Part shown: positions 36,823 to 50,593 of the stretch, piece by piece
Layout of the letters: each line of letters starts with the position of its first letter
Position numbering within the stretch: position 1 is the first letter of the stretch
Source: Owenia fusiformis
Lineage: Eukaryota
Assembly: GCA_903813345.2 (NCBI GenBank)
Contig: CAIIXF020000001.1
Span: forward strand, 31,434,001 to 31,498,000
Direction: 5' to 3'
DNA length: 64,000 bases
Notes under the pieces: model-generated
Database searches by the model: none
Told to the model about the DNA's origin: nothing
The model's input: the letters and a program-made list of their open reading frames with translations, nothing else
Made by a program: the position numbers and the translations under genes

Positions 36823-38946
36823 TAGTAGCCCGGACAGAATTGTTCAATGGTCACTTTTTCTTTAATAACTTTTTTCAATTTTCAGAATTATCCAAAACTA
36901 ATTACATATTTGAAAACTAAAAAACAAAAAAAACATTTAAGGAACATCTCTTAATTTATTGATATTATAGGAGTTCAAAGTATGAGTGACGCAAATGCAT
37001 AATTCATCATTTTGTCTCATATTTGTTCAAAAATGGCAGCATGTTTCGTGAATTTGAATGTTGAGTTGAAAGTTAATTTTATAAAATGTCATATGCCTAT
37101 GGGCATCATGCTGCCATCATTACAGTTCTGATGGATCCATGAAATATTGCAACTGGCCAATAATCAAATAAAAGAAGTCAAACTATGGAATTTTTTCTGC
37201 ATCTTTATTCGATTTTCACACTTTTGTATTTGATTACAACCATTCGATATTCCAGTCTATTAAAATGATTCGAAACACGTAATAAATTTGTTTGTTTTTA
37301 CACATTTATATTTGATTTATGTACCTATATATGCGGTAAATGCACTTGTATATGCGGTTTATGTTATTCAGTGTTTGGTAAAATATCACATATTTAAGTC
37401 CATGTACACACACGAACAAAGACAGTTGACACATATATTTAGAACACGCATCAAATACAAATACACTTTAGAACCAAACAATGTTCATTTACCGAACAAT
37501 CATAGAGTACAAAATAGCACGGACATATAGTGACTTACCCCACATAATTAATGACATGTTTCGCATAAAATTATGTGGGGTAAGTCACGTGACTTACCCC
37601 ACATAAATGACACATGCATGTAGCATAAAACCATTCGGTAAATCACGTGACCAGTGACGTAGAAATTTCAAAATGGATGAAACAAGCGAGGAAAAAGAAT
37701 TTGAATACGATTCATATTCACAATCCAGAGAGGAAATTGAGAAGTTATTAAATCATTACAACAGGCATGAGGCTACATAAGTGATCCTTTGTTAATAGAA
37801 GATACGTTTTCGCGATTGGAGAATCACACCAGAGCTCTTTGAATATATAGATGGCGAAAGTCACATGGTCGAAGTCACGTGACTTACCCCACATCAAAAC
37901 AGTGAACAATGGTTTATATAAAATCATTCGGTAAGTCACGTGACTTACCCCACAAATGAATATGTTTAGCACAAATGAATATGTTTACCCAATACGAATG
38001 GTACTTGGCATCGCACATATTTAAAATACTTATCAAATTTATATTTGATCGGGTCGAATACACTTTTGAAGCATCTTACATATTTGTTGTGTAAGACAGT
38101 CAATTATATGTGGGATAGTAGGTACTGTTTGTTGTAACTGGTTTTGTTTATGTTCGGTTTAACTTACTCCGTGGGGTAAAAACCGAAGATATTAATGTTA
38201 CGAATATTGATGCAATAAATACACTATATCAAACTCCCTGCAAATGATCTTGAACTCAGCTCTACTGCAATGTTCGGCGGTTGTGTTCAAGAGGATGTTA
38301 AAAGCTGAACCCTAATGTGCGGGGTTTGATGAGACTGAGATTAGGTTCCCAATCTTTTCAAGAGGCCTAAACAGCCATCTCAGAGGCCCTTGAAAAGCTC
38401 AAGAACAATTCACATGCATATAAAGATGGGCCGGGAGGTGTTTGACTGGAAAAGTCGTTCAAAACGATGGAAGTATGACTCTATAGCTGCACGGGTTAAA
38501 CTAGGGGTAACAATGGAATGGCCGAAAAACGTTGCCCTGCAACACTTCCAATATAGAGTACAATACAATATACGAACTTTTTCAAGTGTACATACAATTC
38601 AATTTAAAACAAAAGGTTTTAAATGCACCCAAAATAGCAGTCTACTTGACTTCATAGGCCTATGACATTTCTTGAATATTAGCTTTTTCAACTGAACATT
38701 CAAATTCACAAAACATGCAGCCATTTTTGAATGAAGATGAGGCAAAATGATGAATTATGCATTTGCGTCACTCATACCATAAACGCCTATAATATCAATA
38801 AATTAAGAGATATTCCTTAAATAATTTTTGTGTATGTCAGAATTTTACTCTAGTGTTCAAATATGTAATCGGTTTTTGATAGAACTGAAAATTGAAAAAG
38901 TTATTAAAGAAAAAATGACCATCGAACAATTCTGTCCGGGCTACTG
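36823..38946. mobile_element. Non-autonomous DNA transposon with long (~250-300 bp) imperfect TIRs
   Basis: AGTAGCCCGGACAGAATTGTTC..GAACAATTCTGTCCGGGCTACT; internal repeats of GTCACGTGACTTACCCCACA; TSD not resolved. Confidence 0.8.
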
Positions 38947-40625
38947 TTAAATCTACAAATCAACATTCTATTGAAAAAAAAGTTTTACATATAAGTTAAG
39001 GAATTTGCTGTCATTTAGGCTGTCTTCGAAAACTAATACCGTGATATCTATCCCCCGCTGTTAACAATATCGACGTTGTTCGAAAACTGTAGCGAGAGCT
39101 CTCGAGAACATTGATATGTCGATATGTCGTGTCTGCGTCGATTCTAAATCCGCGGTTCCAAATATTTACCACGATTTTTCTCCCTCCATTTCTAAGTATT
39201 GACCCGGAAGTTCATGAGTCAAAGGTCACCCAAATATCGGCCCTCGATAATGTGTCGGTAATTCGTCGTGTCTTTCCATTGTTACTGAAAAATCCCGCAG
39301 GGATAATGGATTTTTAAATGGAGAATCCGACGGGAACGCGGAGGGTCCTCGCGTCCGAGTCGATAGCTGGAGATGGTGAAACATTATGAAAGATTATGAA
39401 AAATTATGTAAGAGTATGCAACTAATCATTGCTAATAGGTACGCGTACTAGTTTTCGAAGGCCGTCTTAAAATAGGGCAGTCTTTGCATTTTCAGAACAC
39501 CCCGATCCAAATTTTAATGAAAAGCGGATCAAAGAAGATAAACATCTTGTCATGAAGAGGGATGTATCCTATATCCCATAACAGCACTAATGTGCAGTAT
39601 GTCCTCCTAGTGCTGCAATCAGATCATTCATCCCGCGGGGCCAGCTGTCAATGAGATGTCTGACCCATCTACGAAATAAGGTTCCACTACTCAATCAGGG
39701 GAGTACACAACTCTGCTAAATCTTGAGATAGGGCATTCATGTCATGAATTGCTGTTTTTCTCATCCCTCGTGTACTTTGCAGGAGCCCGATAAGCTGACT
39801 TTGTCATGGCAGCTGCTCCATATTGCCTGCCCTGGGGAAATCCTGCATAATGCAGCTATCATGCGCAGGGGCTTGATCATGCTGCAGTTGAAATTTACGC
39901 CCAGACACTCTGTTTGCATGTGGTACTAAATGTAGGTCCAAAAGGTCACTGTAGACTCACCAATGGTGTGCGACTCTGCTTGGTGAAGGCCACCTCAACT
40001 ATAACCACAACCCTCTCCATGAGCTACGTTTAATAAAAATCAGTTTCCTGTGGAAATATGAAGAGGAAATCACGAGACAATAAACATTTTTATGAACCAT
40101 ATCTATAAAATATTCCATATTTATGAGCGACAGTGTATATAACCGTAAAGATAGGTATTTGAATATCAGTCATGATTTTTCCATTAAGAATTGCAATTTA
40201 CTTATGGATATTATTAATGGCGCTTGTTTATTTGTAGCGTTTAAGATTAATTGTATTGTTATAGCAAGCATGTAAATATACAATGATAATAAGTTTTGCA
40301 ACGAAGCACAATAGTAAATTATAACAAGCAATGTTATAAATTGTGAACAGTAATCCCGAGTCTCGTCTCCATAGCTGTCAATATACCTTAGCCCTAGAGT
40401 CCCTAAGCTAATTGCACTAGCGGGAGTAAATATATTCCTCTATACCCCCCCCCTCTCTAAAGTAAAAAAAATGTCATTCGTCTCAGTAGCTATATTTGAC
40501 CAAATGATTACTTTTAAATGATTACAATTTATTTTATTTGAGATTGTTGATGCATAATTGGATAATTTATCTCCTTTACAATAGAAGATAATCACTTCAT
40601 TATTACTGAAGGGGTACGTGTATAA

Positions 40626-40996
40626 CACTGGGGTGGACTGACTTTTTCACATCAGCCCTTAGCACAGGATTTCATTCTGTGTTTTCATTAACTAATACTA
40701 CTTCCCCTTAGGGGGAATGGTCCGTGTAAAAGTCCACGTGACATCATGAATAGAGTGATTGACAACCTGGAAAGACAGGTAACTTATATGGGGTCCAGGA
40801 AAATGGGCATGTAAGACATGGCTGCAATGCTATATATGCAATGTTGATGTGGAAAAGCCAGTCGGTCCTGTAGCTCAGTGGTAGAGCACTTGTCCGGAAA
40901 GCAAGGGGTCGTGGTTTCGATCCCCACTGGGGTGGACTGACTTTTTCACATCAGCCCTTAGCACAGGATTCCATTCTGTGTTTTCATTAACTAATA
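40626..40996 (+). mobile_element. tRNA-derived SINE-like element with ~72-bp terminal direct repeats (299-bp period)
   Basis: CACTGGGGTGGACTGACTTTTTCACATCAGCCC.. at 40626 and 40925. A tRNA-like segment at 40864-40935 has A box TAGCTCAGTGGTAGAGC and B box GGTTTCGATCCC. Confidence 0.65.
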
Positions 40997-41109
40997 ACAA
41001 AATATGAAGAAATTAAATTTCTTTTAATTTACCGTGTCTTGAAGGTGTATCCCAGCTAACAATTTTACGTTGTGATAACGTCGTCAGAATATATGTCTCA
41101 AGTTGTAGC

Positions 41110-43330
41110 AACGTTAATATGGAACGTTGTAGGTACAGGAAGGTGTGGACTCGCACAGATGTTTAAAGAACGTTACATTTGACTTAAATATCACGTGTCA
41201 GGAACGTAGTAGCGACCTTAACAATTACGTCGCCAAAATAACGAAACTGTAACGTACTTACATTACGTCATATATACGTGGCCAATCTTAATTTCTGGTA
41301 ACGTTGATATGGAACGTTGTAGGTACAGGAAGGTGTGGACTCGCACAGATGTTTAAAGAACGTTACATTTGACTTAAATATCACGTGTCAGAAACGTAGT
41401 AGCGACCTTAAAAATTACGTCACCAAAATAACGAAAATGTAACGTACTTACATTACGTCATATATACGTGGCCATTCTAAATTTCTGGTAACGTTGATAT
41501 GGAACGTTGGAGGTACAGGAAGGTGTGGACTCGCACAGATGTTTAAAGAACGTTACATTTGACTTAAATATCACGTGTCAGGAACGTAGTAGCGACCTTA
41601 ACAATTACGTCGCCAAAATAACGAAACTGTAACGTACTTACATTACGTCATATATACGTGGCCAATCTAAATTTCTGGTAACGTTGATATGGAACGTTGT
41701 AGGTACAGGAAGGTGTGGACTCGCATAGATGTTTAAAGAACGTTACATTTGACTTAAATATCACGTGTCAGAAACGTAGTAGCGACCTTAACAATTACGT
41801 CACCAAAATAACGAAAATGTAACGTACTTACATTACGTCATATATACGTGGCCATTCTAAATTTCTGGTAACGTTGATATGGAACGTTGTAGGTACAGGA
41901 AGGTGTGGACTCGCACAGATGTTTAAAGAACGTTACATTTGACTTAAATATCACGTGTCAGGAACGTAGTAGCGACCTTAACAATTACGTCGCCAAAATA
42001 ACGAAACTGTAACGTACTTACATTACGTCATATATACGTGGCCAATCTAAATTTCTGGTAACGTTGATATGGAACGTTGTAGGTACAGGAAGGTGTGGAC
42101 TCGCATAGATGTTTAAAGAACGTTACATTTGACTTAAATATCACGTGTCAGAAACGTAGTAGCGACCTTAACAATTACGTCACCAAAATAACGAAAATGT
42201 AACGTACTTACATTACGTCATATATACGTGGCCATTCTAAATTTCTGGTAACGTTGATATGGAACGTTGTAGGTACAGGAAGGTGTGGACTCGCACAGAT
42301 GTTTAAAGAACGTTACATTTGACTTAAATATCACGTGTCAGGAACGTAGTAGCGACCTTAACAATTACGTCGCCAAAATAACGAAACTGTAACGTACTTA
42401 CATTACGTCATATATACGTGGCCAATCTAAATTTCTGGTAACGTTGATATGGAACGTTGTAGGTACAGGAAGGTGTGGACTCGCATAGATGTTTAAAGAA
42501 CGTTACATTTGACTTAAATATCACGTGGCAGAAACGTAGTAGCGACCTTAAAAATTACGTCACCAAAATAACGAAAATGTAACGTACTTACATTACGTCA
42601 TATATACGTGGCCATTCTAAATTTCTGGTAACGTTGATATGGAACGTTGTAGGTACAGGAAGGTGTGGACTCGCACAGATGTTTAAAGAACGTTACATTT
42701 GACTTTAATATCACGTGTCGGGAACGTAGTAGCGACCTAAACAATTACATCGCCAAAATAACGAGACTGTTACGTACTTACATTACGTCATATATACGTG
42801 ACCAATCTAAATTCCTGGTAACGTTAATATGGAACGTTGTAGGTATAGGAAGGTGTGGACTCGCACAGATGTTTAAAGAACGTTATATTTGACTTAAATA
42901 TCACGTGTCAGGAACGTAGTAGCGACCTTAACAATTACGTCGCCAAAATAACGAGACTGCAACGTATTTACATTACGTCATATATACGTGGCCAATCTAA
43001 ATTTCTGGTAACGTTGATATGGAACGTTGTAGGTACAGGAAGGTGTGGACTCGCACAGATGTTTATTAAACGTTACATTATTTTGACTTAAGTTTTACGT
43101 GCCAGGAATGTAGAACCAACTTTAACAATGACTTCGCAAAAATAACGAAACTGTCATGTACTTATGCAACGTCACATATACGTGCCCGGTTTAAAGTTCT
43201 GGTACGTTAATTATGGAACGTTGTAGGTACAGGAAGGTGTGGACTCGCACAGATGTTTAAAGAACGTTACATTTGACTTAAATATCACGTGCCAGGAATG
43301 TAGTAGCAACCTTAACGACTTTGCCAAAAT
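41110..43330. repeat. 180-bp satellite-like array, ~12 copies, mostly alternating between two variants
   Basis: Exact 180-bp period (display lines repeat every three rows); variants CGCC/ACTG/CAATC versus CACC/AATG/CATTC. Confidence 0.97.
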
Positions 43331-46300
43331 AAAGAGACTGTAACGTTCTTGTCACATACATGGCCAATTTTAACTTTTGGTTACATCAAGTTAGGACAAC
43401 ACGTGCAAGGAATGTTCTCGTAACGTTAATTATGACATCAACAAGATATAGTGACAGTAATCCGGTAATGACTAACGTCCAGTTAAATGAATCATTACAC
43501 AATTATATAGCTAATTTAAAGTTCCAGTTCAGGAAGATGTAGACACCGATGTTCAGTAAAATTATATATAACACACTAAGCCTAACATTTTCACATGTGA
43601 AGGTAAAAGACAACTAACTTATGCTTTGACTTATTAACAAATGTATATTGTTTTTCCAATAATTAATGAGTTAATACACAAGAACTTTTTTGAGCATCTA
43701 GATAGAGAATATTGACACACAGAATTGAACTTAAAGAAAAGTCTCGTATGTCATCTTTCAAAAATCTATCCTATCATTAATAAGTTTTATTAAGTATTTT
43801 ATTAACCCCTAAACGGTTAGGGAGGTGGGTTGAAAATGAATTTGAAAACTTGTTATCTTTCCAATGATACCTAATATATAGAGGTTATTTAATGGGAGAT
43901 TTTTTATACAGGGTATATCTGAGGGAAATATACCGGTACCGGTAAATAGGGTATTTACCGAGGGATATACCTTGTATCAAAAATCGAGCATTTAATAACT
44001 GATTTATCCTATACTTAGTAGATTATGAGAATTAAATATGCATTGAATGTTAGGGTACCCTAATGTAGTAATTCAAACGATAATTTCAATCAAAACATGA
44101 ATATTTTATTTAAAGTCCTCAAAGATTTTTGTTTTTTTAAAACTCAACAGCTTTTAACATTTTAAAGTGTATGAAAATAATATTTATCCAATAGAGCCAA
44201 AGTGTATCCCGGGAATTAAAAAAAAGCACCGAAAGAAATTCCCGGGGATTGCTGATGAGCGGATGATATATAGTATATCTCCCACTCAACTCAGTGGGAG
44301 ATATATATAACACCCGCTTACCTTAGATATCAATTATATTCCTGCATGTTATTTACCTTTAACACTACTAAGTATGGGATAAACCCTTGTTTGATATTTC
44401 GATATTCCATTTCCGAGATTGTGTCCAAATCTCGGCAGATCTGTTCGCCCGCCTTTACTATGAATGTAATTATCTATAGCCTAACTGTTTAGGGGTTATA
44501 TTGTTATTTTTCTGAACGGAATGAATAAATACTCTAATTTGAGCTTGAACAAATGCTCTATTAGTTAACAAGGTATTGATTGTCAATAAGCAATAATGAC
44601 CATTTTAAGTGGGGAATAAAGGATGAGTCTGGGAATGAGTCTTGATATTGACTTAGGAAATATTGAATATTGTAGTGTCTGAAAAACCAACTCAATCACA
44701 CATATTATTAAGCTTGAATGGTATTTCTTGAAAAGTGAATTGGTGTTGATCTGAGTAATCAAGGGATTATAGTCACTCAAAGTTATGAGCATCCAGTTTT
44801 GACACTTCAATTGTGTTGGTGAAATTATACATATTTCATTCAAATTCATGCTGAGCACAACATTTTGGTTTCAATTTTATAATCTCTGCATGACCCTGGT
44901 GATGAAGAGTCGGAATCAGTCAAAAAAAAACTGGAAAACTGTGCTCATTGAGAAAACTAAAAGTGAAGCTACTTTTTTCTGATATTTCTTATATAAAATG
45001 GCAGCCATCTTACTTCTTCCACTTCAAATTAAACTGGCGGGAAATTCAAAAGTTTGAAAAAAAATTAAATCCTAAAATATATTTAAAAAATATGATTTTT
45101 TTTAAAATTCTTCATGGGCCTTTTAAGTTATTTTTATTTTACATGTCATACATGTTGCAATTGGTGTTTCTTTCTATGATAATGATTATTTGTTTTCTGT
45201 TAGGATACTTATTTTGACTCTCAGCAAAACTCATGAAAAAGTAAATATACTTAACAAATATAACTAGGACAGTTATAAAAATCATATTTCACATCCATTT
45301 AACTGAGGGACCAAAAGGGCATATATCCAGACTCATCCTTTAGAAAAATTGCATGTTTCAGTATTAAACCATTATAGCTATGCAATCTTAAAAGTACTGT
45401 CTCGTTACTTGTTATAGAGATAAAAAAAAACTGGCTTGCAGATATTGTTTATGCTAAGTGTTCATTTTTCCTTGAAAGCATGAGCTCTCATTGGTCCTCA
45501 TCACTTCCCAAATGTTTCTTTAAATGACTCAGCTCAGTCGTTGTTTCCCTGGGTGCATGTTTAACACATTGCCATTTCTGCTTGTTTTTGAACATTTTCC
45601 TGGAAAAAATCAATCTATTGAAAAGTATGAAATGTAACCTGTATACCCATACCCACTCTGTATATTTTGCAGTGTCATTTTCAACCAAAATTGACCTAGC
45701 GATCTATTCTTTACAATCTCAGATACAATATGTCTCAAAGGTCTACAATGTGTTCTAAATCAGTAAGTTATCAAGGATTAAAAGTGCAAAAATCGGGAAA
45801 CTATGGAAGCCATATAAAATACATATTTGTAAAATTCTTTGGTAAAATTCTCTAGTATTCCTGAAGTAAAGTATGCACTTTAGATTTTTAGAATATAGAA
45901 TGACAAGGATCTTGCTAGATTTGATTCTGCCTTAAACTTAATATATATATATACATGATATATAAAATACTACTATAATGAATAATATAGATTAACCTGG
46001 ACTTACAGAAGTCACTTTCCTCACACCTCCCAAAGCTCAGAGGACTCTTCTGACTAACTTCAAAAAACGTCAAATGTTCCATTCTGCTTGTACTGCTAGT
46101 TTGTCTGAAATATTTTAGAGACTTTTAGTATAAACATTATATTAGTTGGTTATCTGAAAATGCACCTGGGGTGTTATCTTTCTTCCACCAGATCTGATCT
46201 TTGTCTCAGGAGACTTTTTGGGACTACTCTTGAGTAAAACAATCCCTATGCTCATCTGTTTATAGATCCCTAGTAGCTTTTCATACTATCCTTTTGTATT

Positions 46301-48509
46301 TCTAGAATCACATAGCCAAAACATTCCTCCGTTGACTCTGATAATCTTCATCCAATGATCTAACTACAGATTGATTTATTAAAATATTCTGTTGGATACT
46401 TATTTGAAATATTGGAACAGTAGAAAAGTAGATACCTGAGAATGACTCTTAACTTTCCTAGAAAAAATATGTTAACGAACGAAAATAATTTTGAGAAGGA
46501 CTGAAATGTCCCTGTTCTATCACAATGAATGTATAGCGCAAGTCATTGAAGGACTACCTTAAAAGCACATTATAAGCTTGATTAAGCCTGCATTACTGCA
46601 TATTATGCTTTGATAAAGGAAAAATGATAGAAACTCAGCACTAAATCGTAAATTATTTTCCCTTAAAGTAATGCATATCACATGTTCACAATAGATAAGT
46701 CAGCTAATAGTTTGAATTTTTGCCAGGATTATAAAGGATTTTACGATAACTTGCAATATTCCTGAGTGTTCCGAGAGATAATGTAGGCCTACCTGATTAG
46801 CATGGAACACCACTCATCTCAACACAAGGGTCATCTCAGGGTTATCATGGGTGAAAGCTACAACATCCTGGTTCATCTCCTACTCCTGAAAACAGAAAAG
46901 GTAGATGGAAAAATAGAGGACAATACTAGTACTTTAAAAGACTGTTACTTTATTTTATACTTTTATTTCAAATTATATCCACAATTGTCTGGGTTTATCG
47001 GCAGAACAAAGACATTTTCTTTTTTAATCACAATAATTGTGTGTAATTGTCAGTAAAATGGGGAATCCCCTTTTAAATCCAACCGCCATCTTGGAGAGTG
47101 ATGGAATATCCCTCGATGAAAAAGAAAAATGTTCCCGTTCTGCCGATATACCCAGACAATTGTGGATTCAGCTACACGAAAAGAATGCTAAAATACCCAG
47201 GAATCTATTGAAGAACTGAAGGTATCTTAAGTTTAAGGGGCGTAGATTATTCTCCCAAGTTGTAATTGTACAGGTAAAAGATTGCGCTCAATGCAGGACT
47301 ATAGTCCTGGCACGGGATAAGCTTTAACATTACAACGGTCATGACAGGCCATGCAATATAAAAATATAGCATTGTTACGGTTATATCAGGCTATCATGAT
47401 AAAAGTACCACGGTCATGGCAGGATCCTTACGAAACTTAAAACACTTAATAACATGGTGACAGTTGTGCCAGGCATAAGTCAACAGATAGGGTCTCCATT
47501 TGATTGCTTATTTTTTAAATTCAAAGTAGATCTAGTTCCAAACATTAAATAAAAATATGTAAAATATACATCTTTTAGAGGATACATGTATGTATCTAGA
47601 CAATATTGGAAACTATGGGCTTTCAGATTATGATTAGTCTAGGAAATGGTAATACAAAATCCACCTGCCATTTTATGTAGACTATTATAAATAAAAAGTT
47701 CCTGCTATACCTTCATCATCTGTGGTTTCGTGGAGTCTAATGACTCTACCCAAATGTATGTGGGGAACAAACAGATTCGCCATCCTGATGATAAATAGTT
47801 CTCACGTCTTGTTGCTGATATGGGATATTTACGATTAGCCTACCCTGGGCCTATAAAGCTGTTTTCTCTAAAAAAAATGTCAACTTATTTTCGAAATATC
47901 CAATAAAACCATCGACATCGGCTCCAACCGTCGTTGTTTAGCAGTTTGGACTGATCTACATATGGAATATACCTGACACTGTGTTCTGTTTCATTGAAAG
48001 ACAATAAACTAAGATGTATAATGGTTTTTATGTCTAAAATATATTGTCGGTTGTCCGTTGGAAATTTCAAACAAAATGGCGCTGTTCTCACTGGCGCTTA
48101 CCATCTATCACGAAATAAAATGCATGGTATCACGAAATAACACAATCAATTGCTAGAATACATGTACCGTAGTAATAGAATCAAATCAGATAGATAATAC
48201 AACAGTTACGTGATCCAAAGTGTTGTTACCACTGTTGTACGTTAATTGTTCACGACTCTAGACGTACAGAACGTCAAACTTTTGACAGTCGAAACGTCTG
48301 CAATAATCCACGGTAAAACAACGTCGGAGAAACGTTTTATCTACATCCATATTTCCACTCTCACATCGTTAAGTTCATCTGTGTGAGCCAACACATTCCT
48401 GTGCCTATTAGTAGTGCCTATACCGATTAGTATTTAAAGTTACCACAACTCGAGGCATACCTGTATGTAATGTATTATATATTTAACATTTACTTCACGT
48501 CACAAATTA

Positions 48510-49930
48510 AACGAATTCGTTGAGACCACAACGTCTTTGTCACGTTTTCTACACTTACAAATATCTTTCACATTTAAAACACCTTTCGTCAACGTCAAAA
48601 TTAACCGTTTCGACAACGTTGCAAATAAACCAATTTCTGGTGAGAACACAACGTCTTTGTAACGTTTTCTGCACTTACGAATATTTTTTACATTTAAAAC
48701 ACGTTTCGACAACGTTGAAATTAACCGTTTGCACTACGTTGAAAATGAACAATTTTGGTGAGCACATGACGTCTTTGTAACGTGTTTTACACTTACACAT
48801 ATTTTTCACATTCAAACCATGTTTTGACAACGTTACAATTAACCGTTTTCACTACGTTGCAAATGAACCAATTTGCAAATATCTTTCACATTTAAAACAC
48901 GCTACGACAACGTTAAATTTTACCGTTTACATAACGTAGCAAATGTACCAGTTTGGTGAGAAAATGACGTCTTTGTAACGTGTTTTACAATAACAAATAT
49001 TTTTCACATTCAAACCATGTTTAGACAACGTTACAATTAGCCGTTTTCACTACGTTGCAAATAAACCAATTTCTGTTGAGAACACAACGTCTTTGTAACG
49101 TTTTCTGCACTTACGAATATTTTTCACATTTAAAACACGTTTCGACAACGTTGAAATTAACCGTTTGCACTACGTTGAAAATGAACAATTTTGGTGAGCA
49201 CATGACGTCTTTGTAACGTGTTTTACACTTACACATATTTTTCACATTCAAACCATGTTTTGACAACGTTACAATTAACCGTTTTCACTACGTTGCAAAT
49301 GAACCAATTTGCAAATATCTTTCACATTTAAAACACGTTACGACAACGTTAAATTTTACCGTTTACATAACGAAGCAAATGTACCAGTTTGGTGAGAAAA
49401 TGACGTCTTTGTAACGTGTTTTACAATAACAAATATTTTTCACATTTAAACCATGTTTAGACAACGTTACAATTAACCGTTTTCACTACGTTGCAGATGA
49501 AACAAATTTGGTGAGAACACGACGACTTTGTGACGTTTTCTACACTTACAAATATCTTTCACTTTTAAAACACGTTACGACAACGTCAAATTTTACCGTT
49601 TGCATTACGTAGCAAATGTACCAAATTTGCTGAGAACACAACGTCTTTGTAACGTTTACTACACTGACAAATATCTTTCACATATAAAACACGTTACTAC
49701 AACGTCAAATTTTACCGTTTATATTACGTAGCAAATAAACCAATTTGGTGAGAACTGCAACGTCTTTGTAATGTTTCCTACACTTACAAATATTTTACAC
49801 ATTTTAAACACGTTACGACAACGTTAAATGTTACCGTTTATATTACGTCGCAAATGAACCAAATTGGTAAAAATTCAACGTCCCTGTTACGTTTTTCACA
49901 CCAGCACAAATTACGAACTTTACGAACACA
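48510..49930. repeat. ~118-bp tandem array with a ~438-bp higher-order duplication
   Basis: ACGTCTTTGTAACGT..ACAACGTT..TTAACCGTTT motifs; the block at 48641 is repeated at about 49079. Confidence 0.9.
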
Positions 49931-50462
49931 TTACTACAATGTCATTTTTTAACCATCCACCGACGTTTTGCTGAATGTCACAATTTTACGTTGCTTTGAC
50001 GTTTATATAACGGAAATATACAACGTCTTCAGTGAACTTATATACGACATATGAGTGACGTGACATTGACGTCACTGTTTGCTGGGATGTATTGAATTAT
50101 GACAATGAAGTCAGGCAAAACTAATGCTAACTACCAAATTCACACTAGGGAGTTCTTTGTACCCCCTTCCCTCAGGAAATCCAGAGTTAATATAACTTTT
50201 TAATTTCGTTAATACTCCGTGGCTATTTTTAACGATTCACCATTGTTATGCTTTTGTTTGAACCAAGCATTGATTTTTGGGGGTTTCGTGGAATATCACT
50301 TGTGAAAGATGCAAAGGTATTCGCCTCAATAGAATTGAATATTTATACAATATTTTAGCAAGCGGACGAAGGGGTGTCTTATCAATTTTTTTCGATATTT
50401 TGATTTTTTGTTAGAATATTCAGCAGTGTCATATAGAAGCATATTTTGAACATCAATTCTAG

Positions 50463-50593
50463 AGCCCCAAACCAGTCCGGGAACGTGCAGTGGATGGGGC
50501 GACCCACATTACACAACATTCGATGGCTTACGTTATGACTATCAAGGTGATTGCAAATACAACCTTTTGCGATCACTCAACGGAGCGCTCAAG
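50463..50593 (+). CDS. Gene 2 exon 5, N-terminus of a von Willebrand factor type D (VWD) domain
   Basis: ttctag|AG..AAG|gtacgt (phase 1-0); [35 protein letters not shown] matches the VWD signature C..WGDPHY.TFDG..Y..QG.C.Y.L. Confidence 0.9.

Larger units (their letters stand above)
41051..50086. mobile_element. 9.0-kb non-autonomous EnSpm/CACTA-like element
   Basis: AT|CCCAGCTAACA...TGTTTGCTGGG|AT (short TIR, 2-bp TSD), with long ACGT-rich subterminal arrays at both ends. Confidence 0.75.

Noticed and set aside
40864..40935. Functional tRNA gene
   Set aside because: Poor acceptor stem, C at position 33, a mismatch in the T stem, and it is embedded in a repeat; better read as SINE-like.
41110..43330. 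CRISPR-like regular array
   Set aside because: Whole 180-bp units repeat with no unique spacers, there are no cas genes, and the context is eukaryotic.
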